NCBI RefSeq assembly: GCF_006345805.1
Contig: NC_043004.1
Coordinates: 10,168,001-10,232,000, forward strand
Source of the DNA: Octopus sinensis
Taxonomy: Eukaryota
Length of the DNA stretch: 64,000 nt
Direction of reading: 5' to 3'
The notes beneath the pieces were generated by a model that saw only the letters and a list, made by a program, of their open reading frames with translations, was not told the DNA's origin and did not search any database. Both the position numbers and the translations under genes were made by a program. Of this stretch, positions 40,429-53,921 are shown piece after piece (position 1 is the stretch's first letter; every line of letters starts with the position of its first letter).

Positions 40429-40852
40429 TATATAATATATATATATATATATATATACATACATACATATACACACAAATCCTCTTCCAGTGAATGGGAA
40501 CACGTACACAGCCACGTTCTCACTGTTATACAACAGCACGGAAGTATCAAACTGTAAACTTTCTCGTGTTAGAGTTTACAATTTTACTGAAACAAATCAC
40601 CATGATACAGATAAGAAACAGCTCACAGCTATTGAAAAAAAAAAAATATTACGTATTTCATAGCGTGAGCCAATTTGTTATATTTGTGTTAACTATTAGT
40701 ACACTAACTCAAAATGAAAACTTTCAAACACATTCTATACAGCTGGTACATTTTTGCTGACACCAATTTTGTACTTTTTTCTTTTAAATGCATATAATTA
40801 TACATCAGTGTAAACATGAAAGAAACGTTGGCACTGCGTTAGTGTGTTATTG

Positions 40853-40965
<113 letters not shown>

Positions 40966-41246
40966 TTATGTATAGATGTATATAGATATGTGCATGCATA
41001 GATTCTGTATACATTTGCCAGGAAACAAAGGAATATTTTGTGAATAATCCGCTGCGAATGAATAAACGCTATTGCATATTTTAAGAACGTTGCTCCCCCC
41101 TTTTCTACATGCTAATGCATGTGATATATATATCTATATGTATGTATGAGTGTATGTGTAAATACACACTCACACACATACACACACACATATATATATA
41201 TGTATATATATATCTGTATTTGTATATATTATATATACATATATGT

Positions 41247-41296
<50 letters not shown>

Positions 41297-41597
41297 CGTG
41301 TGTGTGTGTGTACACACACACACACAAGCATACATCTATAACAGACATGATAACACATATTTGCATATAGATATTGATGTATGTACGTATGTATATTTCA
41401 TACTTAGAGAAAGCAAAAGACAAAAAGAGGTGAAGGAACAACAAGCAGATGTGTTAGTTTAACGTTCAAGAAAAATGGGAAAGCTTTTGACATTTTGAGC
41501 CTACGCTCTTCGACAGAAAGGTCTGGGAGGAAAAACCGGAGAGAGAAAAAATGTGTACCGACTAACGGTTAAACTTATATATATATATATATATATA

Positions 41598-42258
41598 TAA
41601 TTATAATTAAGGGTTAAATGCAACAAGTTGCTCAAAACCACATACCGAAAATATTAGAAATAGCAGCCAAAATTGATCGCCATTTCCTCTACCAGTAAAA
41701 AGTCTCCACAAACAAACAGAATTTGTAAGCTGTATATGGCAAAAAAGGCAGAAAATAACGAAATCCCAGCCTATGGATTAATTATAGACGACTCGTTTCT
41801 GGATTAGAACCGAAGGTTCATTTCCTTGTCAATATAATATTTCCTATAGATCTAGAAATGCTAGGGGAAAAACTCACCCGTTACACCAATACGACCAGCG
41901 ACATCGGACGGTCTAACAGAACTGCTAGCATTCCTACACCTATACCGACATGCGAATTCATATTTCCCTCCAAAATTTACCACGTGAGCCAGAAAAACGT
42001 TACCAACGAAACGAAAAATTCGTAGATAACTAGTAAGGGAGCAAAAGTATTCAATATGCAATAAAGGGTGGAATATAATTAATCAATTTCACCTAGTAGA
42101 TTTATCGGTATGGAAAAGACCATATTTGGTAAGGGTTATAATACCTTTAACCCTTAATTATAATTATTATAACCCTTACCAAATATGGTCTTTTCCATAC
42201 CGATAAATCTACTAGGTGAAATTGATTAATTTTATTAAATTAATTATATTCCACCCTT

Positions 42259-42260
<2 letters not shown>
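41598..42260. mobile_element. Penelope-like remnant with a fold-back end
   Basis: 42061-42143 is inverted relative to ~42165-42260; ATTATAATTAAGGGTTAAA (41600) is inverted at ~42146-42164; degenerate hammerhead-like motif at ~41783-41835(-); TA flanks. Confidence 0.6.
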
Positions 42261-42305
<45 letters not shown>

Positions 42306-42340
42306 AGGAAATAGAGTTGAACCCAGATGTTATTCTTTTA

Positions 42341-42391
42341 CTTTCGACATATGTTTCGGTGTAAAATAATGTAATCTTCTCATCAGGAAAG
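42341..42391 (-). ncRNA. Type-I hammerhead ribozyme motif with a palindromic helix III
   Basis: Minus strand reads CTTTC-CTGATGA-GAAGATTACATTATTTTACACC-GAAAC-ATAT-GTC-GAAAG; stem I is perfect, stem II is decayed. Confidence 0.7.
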
Positions 42392-42724
42392 AAAGAGAAC
42401 CCACCTCAACAACAAGACAGTATAACAATTTTGATGACTGCATAAATGATACCAGAGCGTTATTAAGTATTTAAAAAAAATAACCGTTAGTAGATCTGAC
42501 GCCAAAGGTAGACTAGAATAAGAGAAGGGATAAAGAAATAATAAGTAGAGAACAAATAAAAGAGAAATATAGGGATATGTTGGTTGAAAAAATATAATCA
42601 AAGGCTTGGAAGTAGATTTCTCTATTGAAGTAAAGTGCAAGGTGAACTAAATGTTCAAACTATACAGACTGGTATAAATCACTTATATGAGCTAAAGTTT
42701 CTGCCAGTGCTTACATTTGTAAGA

Positions 42725-42854
<130 letters not shown>

Positions 42855-43238
42855 TATATATATGTATGTATATATAGATATAAATCGTCTTTAGACGAAA
42901 GGCACCTGTTGTTATGTCTTGTTATTATTTTTTCTGTATTTGTGTGATATTTTCCGTTTTTTCTGTCTTTGTTTTCGTATACATTCGCTGCTTTCTTCCA
43001 AGGAATCTAGTGCTCTTAGTTTAGTTTTTCCTTGGGTCTAGCCAGATTGGAGCAATCTCGAGTATAATCAGCCGAAATTGCGAAGATAATCTGGTACTCG
43101 ACTTAGGAAAGAAAACCCCGAATGACCCATCCTTGTTTTCTTCGTATCGTCTATCTGGAAGTTTTGTTGTCCCATTTTGTATTATATATATATATATAAT
43201 TTTCTTCCTCCGTCTTCCTTTCTATTGGACTTTCCTCT

Positions 43239-43273
43239 GTTGCTGAAGAAGAGCGTTACTCGAAACGTTAAAC
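43239..43273 (+). ncRNA. Minimal hammerhead ribozyme motif in a Penelope-like remnant (~43199-43376)
   Basis: GTTG-CTGAAGA-A-GAG-CGTTA-CTC-GAAAC-GTT-AAAC. Confidence 0.75.
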
Positions 43274-43979
43274 CATCTTTCTTTCCTTCCCTGAGCGTCT
43301 GCTAATACTTTACTGGTACCACGTCCTCGCGTAGTTGTTTTTGTGTTTGTTCATCTTCTTTTTTTTTGGATTTACTATATATATGCATACACACACATTA
43401 TGTTATTAATTTTTAATGCATTTCAGTCTTGCCCTAGCATGGCCCAACCCTAATGATTGAAACAAGTAAAAGACAAAAGATAAAAGATACACACGCACAC
43501 ACACACACACATATATATATATGTATCAACACACACAAATACACACGCATGCAAACAAGCAGATATAAGCAAGTGTGAGTGTGTATGTGAATGATTAATT
43601 ACAAATAACCGGGTTCAGTCCCACTGCGTGCTACCTTGGGCAAGTGTCTTCTACTATAGCCTCGGGCCGATCAAAGCCTTGTGAATGGATTTGGTAGACG
43701 GAAACTGAAAGAAGCCCGTCGTATATATGTATATCTATATGTGTATGTGTGTGCATGTGACTGTATGTCTGTATTTGTCCCCCCACCATCGCTTGACAAC
43801 TGATGCTGGTGTGTTTACGTCCCCGTAACTTACCGGTTCGGCACAAGAGACCGATAGAATAAGTACTAGACTTACAAAGAATAAGTCCTGGGGACGATTT
43901 GCTCGACTGAAGGCGGTGCTCCAGCATGGCCACGGTCACATGACTAAAACAAGTAAAAGAGCAAAAGAGTAAAGAGTAT

Positions 43980-44777
43980 AATCTTTTCGACTCTAAGCAC
44001 AAGGTCCGAAATGTTTTGGTGGGAGGAGGCCAGTCGATTACATCGATCTCGAACAGGTACTTATTTTATCGACCCCAAAAGGATGAAAGGTCAAGTTGAC
44101 CTCGACGAAATTTGCACTCAGACCGTAAAGACAGACGAAATACCTATTTCTTTACTACCCACAAGGGGCTAAATATAGAGGGGACAAGAAAGGACAGACA
44201 AAGGGATTAAGTCGATTACATCAACCCCAGTGCGTACCTGGTACTTATTTAATCGACCCCGAAAGGATGAAAGGCAAAGCCGACCTCGGCGGAATTTGAA
44301 ATCAGAACGTAACGGCAGGCGAAATACCTATTTCTTTACTACCCACAAGGGGCTACACACAGAGGGGACAGACAAGGACAGACAAACGGATTAAGTCGAT
44401 TACATCGACCCCAGTGCGTAACTGGTACTTATTTAATCGACCCCGAAAGGATGAAAGGCAAAGTCGACCTCGGCGGAATTTGAACTCAGAACGTAGCGGC
44501 AGACGAAATACCGCTAAGCATTTCGCCCGGCGTGCTAACGTTTCTTATTTCTTTATTGCTCACATGGGGCTTAACAGAGAGGGGAAAACAAGGACAGACA
44601 AACGGATCAAGTCAATTATATCGACCCCAGTGCGTAACTGGTACTTATTTAATCGACCCCGAAAGGATAAAAGGCAAAGTCGACCTCGGCGGAATTTGAA
44701 CTCAGAACGTAGCGGCAGACGAAATACCGCTAAGCATTTCTCCGGTGTGCTAATGTTTGTTCCAGCTCGCCGCCTTA
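43980..44777 (-). mobile_element. Family-A SINE tetramer
   Basis: One head at ~44777; junctions at 44544/5, 44327/8 and 44143/4 (184-bp period between the last two); the final unit is diverged and has the old tail. Confidence 0.9.
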
Positions 44778-45317
44778 ATAAATGCATATAATCCGCACCT
44801 ATTACATTTGTAAAAATGTATCCAGACATATGTATGCATGTATGCACACACTGACGCACGTATTTCGAAATCCATGAAAGTGTCCCGACTCAAAAAATTA
44901 TTTTGTCGCTTCGTTAGTGACCAACTTTTCGCTAATAAATTTCAAATACTTAATGCACACACAGGCGCGCGCGTGTACACACATGTATATGTGTATATGT
45001 ATCCATTCATATATATACATACATACATTCGTAGATGCATACATATTGAATTCATACATGCATATAATCATAGATACGTACGTACATACACTGCCAAGCA
45101 TAGCATAACATTACATATATATACATATATATATCATAACTTGTCATACGTATTTATAAAATAAGCTTAGAAACATGCATACATATCATATATTGATGCG
45201 TGTATATATATATATATATATATATACATACAAGAAAACACAAAAAAACACAACAACGCAAGGACGTGGAACAAATATAGTATTATTGGACACTCAGGTA
45301 AGAAGGGAAGAAGGAGG

Positions 45318-45352
45318 GTTTAACGTTTCGAGCGGAGCTCTTCGTCGGAAAC
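45318..45352 (-). ncRNA. Variant minimal hammerhead motif (CCGACGA core) in a Penelope-like remnant (~45229-45405)
   Basis: Minus strand reads GTTT-CCGACGA-A-GAGC-TCC-GCTC-GAAAC-GTT-AAAC. Confidence 0.65.
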
Positions 45353-48300
45353 ATAGGAGAAGGAAAGATCCCGAGAAGGGAAGACAGAGGAAAAAAAAAT
45401 CGCCAACATGCTTTCGCTAGATGTTGTAGCTGCTTATGTCATCTTCAGCAAGCATAGGCACATTCTCAGGCCTTTCACATTTTACCTAGCGGAATATAGA
45501 AAATTTGACATGTGGAGGGAGTAAGAGCTGCACCAATACTAGGCTGAGTAAACTTGAATTATGTGAAATGATGTAACTTGCTCAAGAATGCAACACGCCG
45601 CTCGGTCTAGTAAGGAAACCAACGACTTTATGATTGTGAGGCTTAAAACATACGTAACCTAACACACCGTGGTGAACAACAAAATGGAAAGTCTTAGCCA
45701 ACCATATACAATGTGCTCAACAATTATGCCAATACAGCCCAGACTAAATCGGCAACGGGTTTCTTCTACTGTTATAAACGAAAGAAACTTCTTTTGCTCA
45801 ATAACTTAGCGTTATTCTGGATTATTAAAAGTACTTTTCATTTATTTAGATTTCGTGTTTACGACCACATGCCAAAACAACGCCAAAACCAATACTAATA
45901 GTACGACTAACACCAGGAATACTACAAAATCTTTGACTCATCTCAGCATAAGTATTCTCACTTCCACTGGTTTTTGCATTTAAACCATATCAACTCTGGT
46001 GTTGCAAAAAAGGAGATGAAACTGCTTCTATTTGCTATATGTATCAGTTAAATATAAGTTGAAGGAAGCTTATACAAACTTAAAGCTATTTCATGGCTCG
46101 ATTGCTCCAACAACAGGCGTGCTTCTTCACCTGAAAAATAGCTGTCACTGATAACAACTGTTGATTCCAACTCCTGTGGTGTTTGTCTATATTCGGAAGA
46201 ATTTCAAAACGAGCGTAATGCTGTCATTGAAGATGCCATTAAAAGTGAAACTCAACCACCGCCATCCCCACCAGTCAACTCTTACATATCTTTATGAAGC
46301 TGATACTGAAGAGATGATGATGCATTTTAAAGCCATAGCTTGAAAATAATTTTTCCAATTTCATTAAAGTATCGTTAAACAAGAAACCATTTTAGATGGG
46401 AATAGACAAGTAAAACTTAGCCAGTGTCACATTGAAATAAATTTTGTACGTGTAAGCGAAAGCGGGAGGATGGCCCTCAAATTTATAAGTATTTCAAAGG
46501 AAACATTCTGAGAAGGCTTCAAATTCACTGTAATTTCTTTAGAAAAACCATAGTGGTTACATGTTAAAACCTACCACAGCCAACGATGCCAACGTAATAC
46601 GTAGCTTCTTCGTAGAAAGGTTTAAGATCTACACTAGAAATATTTACAACGCTGAGAAGCAGCTGGGTTTAGTAACGTTTCCATCTAGCATAGGTGTGGA
46701 ATTTAGGTAAAAGGAACTGTATGTTTGATAAATTAATGCAGAAAAAAATTGTTTGCCAAACCCCCAAACTTTTACATGTATGCTCTTTTTATATTACTTG
46801 CACTATAAACACCTAAGTGCCGACGGAAATATATATGTAGAGGTTCTGTGGACAACGTTAACATCATAAGAGACTATGATACTAGATTTTAAAAATATGG
46901 TAGTGAGAATTCTTCCCTTACCAGAAGATAATGCCTTACAATGAATTTGCTCTACTAATACTGATAACGACTGTTGGGAATCTTAACTGATTTATCGGAG
47001 AAGTCTGCTCCCTCGATATCAATCCCTTATGATTCTAATATCAATTGGAAGCTTCCATAAATTTATGAAATTAACGAGCCTGATCATAAGAGAAGAATTC
47101 AAACAGCATCCGTCAAAGAGCAGCGGCAAAGATAAATGCATAAACCAAATGTTGAAATGAGAATGGAAAGGCAATAATGAACTGCTCAAGAAGTATCGAT
47201 TTCTTACTTGCCTTCTTTGTGACAAGAGAAATGCTGGACCAGCGTACCTTAACAAAGCGAAATACTCTGTGATATAAGAGTGACAGTGACGCTCTTAAAC
47301 ATTCAAGATGAGAAAGTATTTGTTGGTTTCTAGGATCATACCATTCATAAGACAAGTATCTTCCAGAGTGCTATGTTTTTGTTGATAAAGCAATATGAAA
47401 TGATACCCGGAAGAAAGATTGCCCTCGTTGAAATATAGATAACAAACCTATTATTGAATATAATACAAATTCCAACAAGCATTCCGCTTAGTAATGTACA
47501 GTTATAGATCTCAAGTGTTTTGCAGATGTAAACCTGCTTTCCCAAGTTAGTGAGAAAGTGAATATTTATGAATAACAACTTCTATATTTGTACCTATCGG
47601 TGTTCTAGGCAAATTCAGAATATGTCTAAGCGGCAATGGCAAACAAAAGTTTGGGTTTTAAGGAAAGAACATGACCAGTTAAGATGCGTTATGGTAATAC
47701 AATATGTAAGCGGGACAGTAGTATCATGAAAGACTTCTCTAAAGTTGAACATATAACGCTCATCGATTCTGTTGCTGCAGTTCACTCCAACATCGGCAAA
47801 AGCGACCGATAGAATAAGTACTAGGCTTACAAAGAATAAGTTCTGGAGTCAATTTGCTCGACTAAAAGCTGTGCTCCGGCATAACCGCAGTCAAATAGAT
47901 ATAATGTTTCTCGATTCCTGAGATTCGTATGGCCGGTTATCTGGTTTTCTTTGCATATAAGTCATCGAGATCACAACCATGATCTTCCCCACGAATGGAA
48001 TGTCGCACAGTTGCAGGTTTCAATGTCAGCAAGGGAATAAGACGATTACATCGATCTTAGTACTTGACAGATACTTCTTTTCATCGACCAGGAATGCATA
48101 AAAAGCAAAATTGGACTTGGCTGCATTTGAACGCAGAAACCAAAATACGTAAAGTGCCGGAAGAATGCCGCTAAGCATTTTATCCGACATGCTAACGTTT
48201 GTGCCAGCCCTCTTTACTCTTTTACTCTTTTACTAGTTTCAGTCATTTGACTGCGGCAATGCTGGAGCACCGCCTTTAATCGAGCAACTCGCCCCCAGGA

Positions 48301-48634
48301 CTTATTCTTTGTAAGCCTACTACTTATTCTATCGATCTCTTTTGCCGAACCGCTAAGTTACGGGGATGTAAACACACCAGCATCGGTTGTCAAGCGATGG
48401 TGGAGGGACAAACACAGACACACAAACATGTACACACACATACATATATACGACGGGCTTCCTTCAGTTTCAGTCTACCAAATCCATTCACAAGGCTTTG
48501 GTCGACCCGAGGCTATAGAAGAAGACACTTGTCCAAGTTGTCACGCAGTGGGAATGATCCCGGAACCATGTGGTTGGTAAGCAAGCTACTTACCACACAG
48601 CCACTCCCGCATAAATATATTACTATTATTATTA

Positions 48635-48711
<77 letters not shown>

Positions 48712-48858
48712 CCTACGTCATATCAGCACAGCTCGGTATTATCCCATAAAATAGCTGCTGTAAAATGGAATTACGAGGCAGTAGCATAGTAATTCCAGGG
48801 GACCATTTATGTGCGCAGTCAAAAACCTTCACCGTAAACGAACTTGAAGCATGTATGC

Positions 48859-48898
<40 letters not shown>

Positions 48899-48899
<1 letters not shown>

Positions 48900-49916
48900 T
48901 AGCATTAAAGACCCGTCGTTGCCGGGTCATAGTGCTAGTGCATGTATATATGCGTATATATATGTGTACATATTACATGTACATTTATATATATACATCT
49001 ACACATAAAATACAAAATACAAACTTATATCTTGATATCGCTAGTGATAACAATACTCAAAATATATAACAGACTGGAATTGTTAGCCCGTCTCTTGTAA
49101 TTTCGATCGATTGAATCTTCTCCTCCCTCTTGTATAGAAGTGTGGCTACAATCCAGCAGACTTCTACTTCGGGGGTGGGGGTTAATTTTTTTTCCGGGAC
49201 GTCCTACGTCCCAGATATGAAGGTAAAAATAAAATATTTCCACTTTGCAAGTTCGAGTCGAGTACTCCCTTGCACGCTCCGTTGACTCGAATCTTGCTTC
49301 GATTGTAGCGAATTTACCGCCTCTGATTAGATACCTTTCATAGTCGCACCAAGACACTTTTCGAAGGTGCTTTCCTCCATGTGTTCAAATCTTTTTTCTC
49401 TACATTGTATACTTTATAGACAATAGTCTTTTCTTTAATTTAATTTTTTATTATCCATCTGGACTATTCCATTTCTGTACGCTAATTCTATTTTTAACTT
49501 ATTCCCATTCATGTGAAACCACTTATTCAAGTTCAAGTCATTGATGCAATTTTATACCAATTGCTATTTTTACTTTTGTTATATTACGATTATATTATAC
49601 TTTAGTTTGATTTTAATTATTATTTACTACATATAATTCAATTGTTATTATTATTTTTATTGTTAAAGTGAAAGTATCTGACATAAAATAGAGAAACGTT
49701 TTTGTTTCACTTTTAACACATAATACTGAAATAGTGGAGAAGATATGATATTGCTATAGGCTCGCTCTAGGCAAGAAGTTGAACATTTTTTTGCCCATGA
49801 AACCACATGGACCCTAAGTAAGGCATGTGTAAAATTTGAATGAAATTGGTTGTGCAGTTCTCAAGTTTTAGGGAAACACAGACAGACACACATTCTCAGT
49901 TTTATATATATAAAGA
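48899..49916 (-). mobile_element. Non-autonomous Helitron (second family)
   Basis: Plus strand A|CTAG at 48899, hairpin GACCCG-TCGTTGC-CGGGTC, and terminal CAGTTTTATATATATAAAGA|T resembling the 5' ends of the other Helitrons. Confidence 0.85.
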
Positions 49917-50329
49917 TATATACTAATACAATTGTTTGTTTGTATTCCACCTGCCTTCGTCTTTTGTTTATTTTCATAAAGCTTCCCGTTATATATATAC
50001 ATATATGGAGTTAAACGTAGTAATACATACATACATACATACATACATACATACATACATACATACATACATACAGAGAGACGGACAGACAGGCAGACGT
50101 GAATTTCATACATTATTTCCACAAGAATAGAACAACCATGCTTTGACATCAAGAAATTGCAATGTGTCTGAAAAATAAAGGAGATTAATTCCAAACTAAG
50201 AGATTAATTAATAACTCTCCTATCTAGATTTGTCACCGAGTTCTATAGTCGTAATGATTCCCATATAATCTTCCTGAGCCCTTAGGACTGTCTGGAAAGA
50301 GAGGGGTGGATGAGTTATGAGATATCAGT

Positions 50330-51420
50330 CACACAAATTAAAAGATGGTGCTCTTAGACAGCCAGAAATGGTTGTGGAGGAAACATTTCGTATGTTGACT
50401 TCGGTAAGGCGCTCCGCTCGACCGCAGACACGCGTACACAATCCGTTTCCATGTTTTTGTTTTTATGTTTTCGTTTCTCATCGTGTTCAACGTTTTTTCG
50501 ATATCCTGTACCCATATATACATGTATATATACATATAGATGTAGGTATGTATATATAGTTATGTATATATGCATATATTTATATATTATTTATATTATT
50601 ATATGATCGAACACCACGCATCCTTTTCCAAGTAAGTTTTATCTTAATAATTATGATGCGCACTCTTCTGTACTATTTCTCCTCTGTCTATCTCTCTCCC
50701 TCTCTTGTTCTTCATCCTTTCTGTTTTTCTCTCCCACCCTTCCCTATTCTTCTCCTCACCCCTTCACCGTTCCCTCTCTTTTACTCCTCCTCCTCCACAT
50801 CCTCCGCGACTCTCTCGTCACTGACACGTGATCAGAATGAAGCCATCTTTCCAACTTCTATCTTCACCAAGACAAGACCGCTTATCCTGTCTCTCTCATA
50901 AGCTGTCTCCTCAAACGTTCAGAATAATTTTTCCATCGTCTTGGCATAAACAGCACTCATCGTTTGTTTTTACTGTGTTATTCTCTTTGTTCTGTCTTTT
51001 ACTGTTTTTACTGTTCGTGTTTTTACTGTCTTGTTTTGTTTTTACTGTCCTGTTCTTGTTACCACTTTTACCCCACCGCAAAAAATCCTAAATTTTATTT
51101 AATTTGCCTTGCGGGAAGGACTGTTTCAACGAAGTCGCGTCTTGTACTTACCTTCGTTACGCGGAGTACACGAAACAGGGACAACTGAAGAAGGGGAATA
51201 TTCCTTTAGTTGTATGTCTTGTACTGTGTTTTTTCGATGTTCGAAAAAAGTTCGTTTCCATGTTTTTGTTTTTATGCTTTCATTTCTCATTGTGTTCAAC
51301 GTTTTTTTGATGTCCTGTACCCATATATGCATGTATATATACATATAGATGTAGGTATGTACATATATATATATGTATATATGCATATATTTATGTATTA
51401 TTTATATTATATATTTATAT
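50330..51420. mobile_element. Element with a ~150-bp direct repeat (Penelope-like tandem pseudo-LTR?)
   Basis: 50445-50600 is repeated at 51253-51415 (CGTTTCCATGTTTTTGTTTT..GATGTAGGTATGTA); the class assignment is an inference. Confidence 0.5.
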
Positions 51421-51433
51421 ATATATATATATG

Positions 51434-51464
<31 letters not shown>

Positions 51465-51547
51465 CTACATGGATATATATATATATATATATATATGAAT
51501 GTTATAGATATATATATATATACATATATATATATAAACACAAACAC

Positions 51548-51578
<31 letters not shown>

Positions 51579-52039
51579 TATATATGTGTGTGAGTGTGTG
51601 TGTATGTGTGTATGGGAGTGGCTGTAGCTTGCTTACCGGTCTCTTTGTTGGACGAGCTTTTGTTTGGCGGCGAGTCGGACGTTTTGTTGGAGATTAGATT
51701 GTTTTTTGTTGGAATTATTAACTGTTTATCGTTGTTGAACATTATTGAGTTGTTAAACTTTGAACATTTTTTGCGCTTTTTCCCGGTGACGGGAGACAGG
51801 AATTGTTTGTGTGAAGCCATTTTGGCAGTTGTTATTTGTTGAAAAATTGAACTTGCTAAAGCCGTTGTAGGCTTTATTGTTGCGCACCGCCACCAGCGGG
51901 GGTGGGATTTGAACTGTTGTCCTCATTAAGAGGAAAAAAAACATATATAGGTTTCCCCAAAAAGGGCTGCCTCACGTGTTGTGAGGTCAGCCCCTACATC
52001 ACCAGTTAAGGGTAAGTAAAACCGATAATTGTTATTGAC

Positions 52040-52270
52040 AAACAACGGCAGTAATTTTATTCATCTGAATACACGTCATTGATTGGTTGAAATTACCGAA
52101 ATACGACTACTTTAACACGAAATAACTTTGAAAATATAAACTTTTCTCAACAACACTAAGAGTAAAAGATGTTTTATATGATACATTTTTACCAGTGTAT
52201 CCGAAGTTTGAAAGTGTTTAGTTACAAAAAATTAATTTCTCGATCTGCCGTTCAAAGGGAAAAGATCCCC
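52040..52270. mobile_element. One end of a Merlin-related MITE
   Basis: Ends in GGGAAAAGATCCC, similar to the GAAAAGATTCC terminus at ~57865; GATTGGTT(G/A)AAATT and CCGAA(G)TTTGAAA subterminal motifs are shared. Confidence 0.5.
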
Positions 52271-52401
52271 GTTTGTTAAATGTGTCAGCCAGAATTTCAT
52301 AAACTTATCAATAAAAGAGTTTGGTCCATCGTTTTTCCAGGTGATATGAGTTATTTCAGTTTAGCTTCGTTAAATTCCTTATAAAATTTCTTTACATTGA
52401 A

Positions 52402-52914
52402 CTAGCAGTATCGCCCGGCGTTGCTCGGGTTTGTAAGGGAAATAACTATATAAGCATTTTTAGAGAGTTACTTCCCTTATAGATGCCAATTCGGGCTTTC
52501 TTAGCCATTTCTGTTTTGGTGTCTTCAAGTCATGAAGTCGTTGTTCTAAAAGAACGCTGGTCTCCTTGACAACGCTTTACGACGTTGATTTCCTTACACT
52601 CCCTCCCCCACAGCTTCACGAGGGAGGGAAGAAGGGGGAGAAGCAAACAGGTGCAGGTGTGACCATAGACGCCAACTCCGCCGCCATCGACACACGAAAA
52701 ATTATGCATTAAAATGGAATAAAAAATGATGTTAAATTATTTTTAAAATCGTAGACTCATCGTAGACGCGCGCTAATACTCAGACGGGCTCGATATGAAT
52801 CACGACTATAAGATACCCGAATTTGGTTAAACTGCACCGCAAAATGTGGGAGTAGTTAGGAATCTAAATCAAAGGGGACAGACACTCACACAATTACAGT
52901 TTTATATATATAGA
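52402..52914 (-). mobile_element. Non-autonomous Helitron (same family as 21877-22256)
   Basis: A|CTAG at 52402, hairpin CCCGGCGTTGCTCGGG, GA|T at 52914. Confidence 0.9.
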
Positions 52915-53826
52915 TATGAGCTGATTGACTTGCATAAAAATGACTCACTGGTTTTCAAACCTGGTACTTTGTTTTGAGGATTAGGGTCTGTTTCTGGCTC
53001 TTCTCTTCTGTCTTCAGAATACCTCCTAACGTTAAACTGAATTTCAAAAACATTATTTGCGTCTTTTCCTTACACTTTCATTGTCTCCCTTCTTATTTCA
53101 CAAAGAATTGAAGAATCTTTTTGCTAAATATTTCCTCTTCATACTTTCTTTGAAAAATTGATTCGTTGCATTTTTATATTTTCATTATTTCAGTTTGTTC
53201 TGCTAACTTATATCCATTTGTTGAAAAAATACTTGTGCTAGTTGCATAAAGGATCTAGCTTAGTCTGCTTACGTCAATAAATTGTTCCTGTTTTAGGACG
53301 TGGGAGATTGTTCTCTTGTACACTGATATCTTTTTTCATCAATTCTTAATTTACTTTCAACTTTGGAAGAGTGTTTTAGCTTAGAATGTCAGCATCTTTT
53401 AATATCTTTTCTTTCAGGCTAATAATATCCTCTGACACAGGTAAATTTGCTATATTGCTAGCCTCTTTCGTATTTGTGTTTCTTATCACAATCGTTCAGG
53501 GTATGGCTTTGGATATTAGCGTTTCTTGCTTGCATTTGTAGGATTTTCGACTCAGTTGTTGTCATCGATTTTTGCTGAGTTTTGTTTTGTCATTGCATAT
53601 TTGCTGTTTTAGCATGTACACCACCACAAACATACACCACTCAAAAGCACACACACACACACACACACACATACATTTAGCTTTTGATATTTATCATGTC
53701 CTGTATTTACATCTACATCTATATAAATGAATTTCTATTCGCATACTTTTGTTTTATAGCTTATACACTTATTTGTTAGATTCCCCCGGTATGCTAGAGC
53801 TGTAAAAGCTAGGGCTATATTGTAAA

Positions 53827-53920
<94 letters not shown>

Positions 53921-53921
53921 G

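Noticed and set aside
43980-44777. CRISPR-like or hammerhead-containing retrozyme array
   Set aside because: The units are SINE bodies with no unique spacers, and I found no CUGANGA/GAAA core in the 184-bp unit on either strand.
46900-47600. Very old APE-endonuclease LINE relic (NENGKAIMNC-like motif near 47157)
   Set aside because: Too degenerate to support by eye; it needs a profile search.
51165-51215. Hammerhead at GAAAC..CTGAAGA (also ~43070-43110)
   Set aside because: The order and spacing do not allow the three stems; ACAACTGAAG/CTTTAGTTGT is better explained as a simple hairpin.
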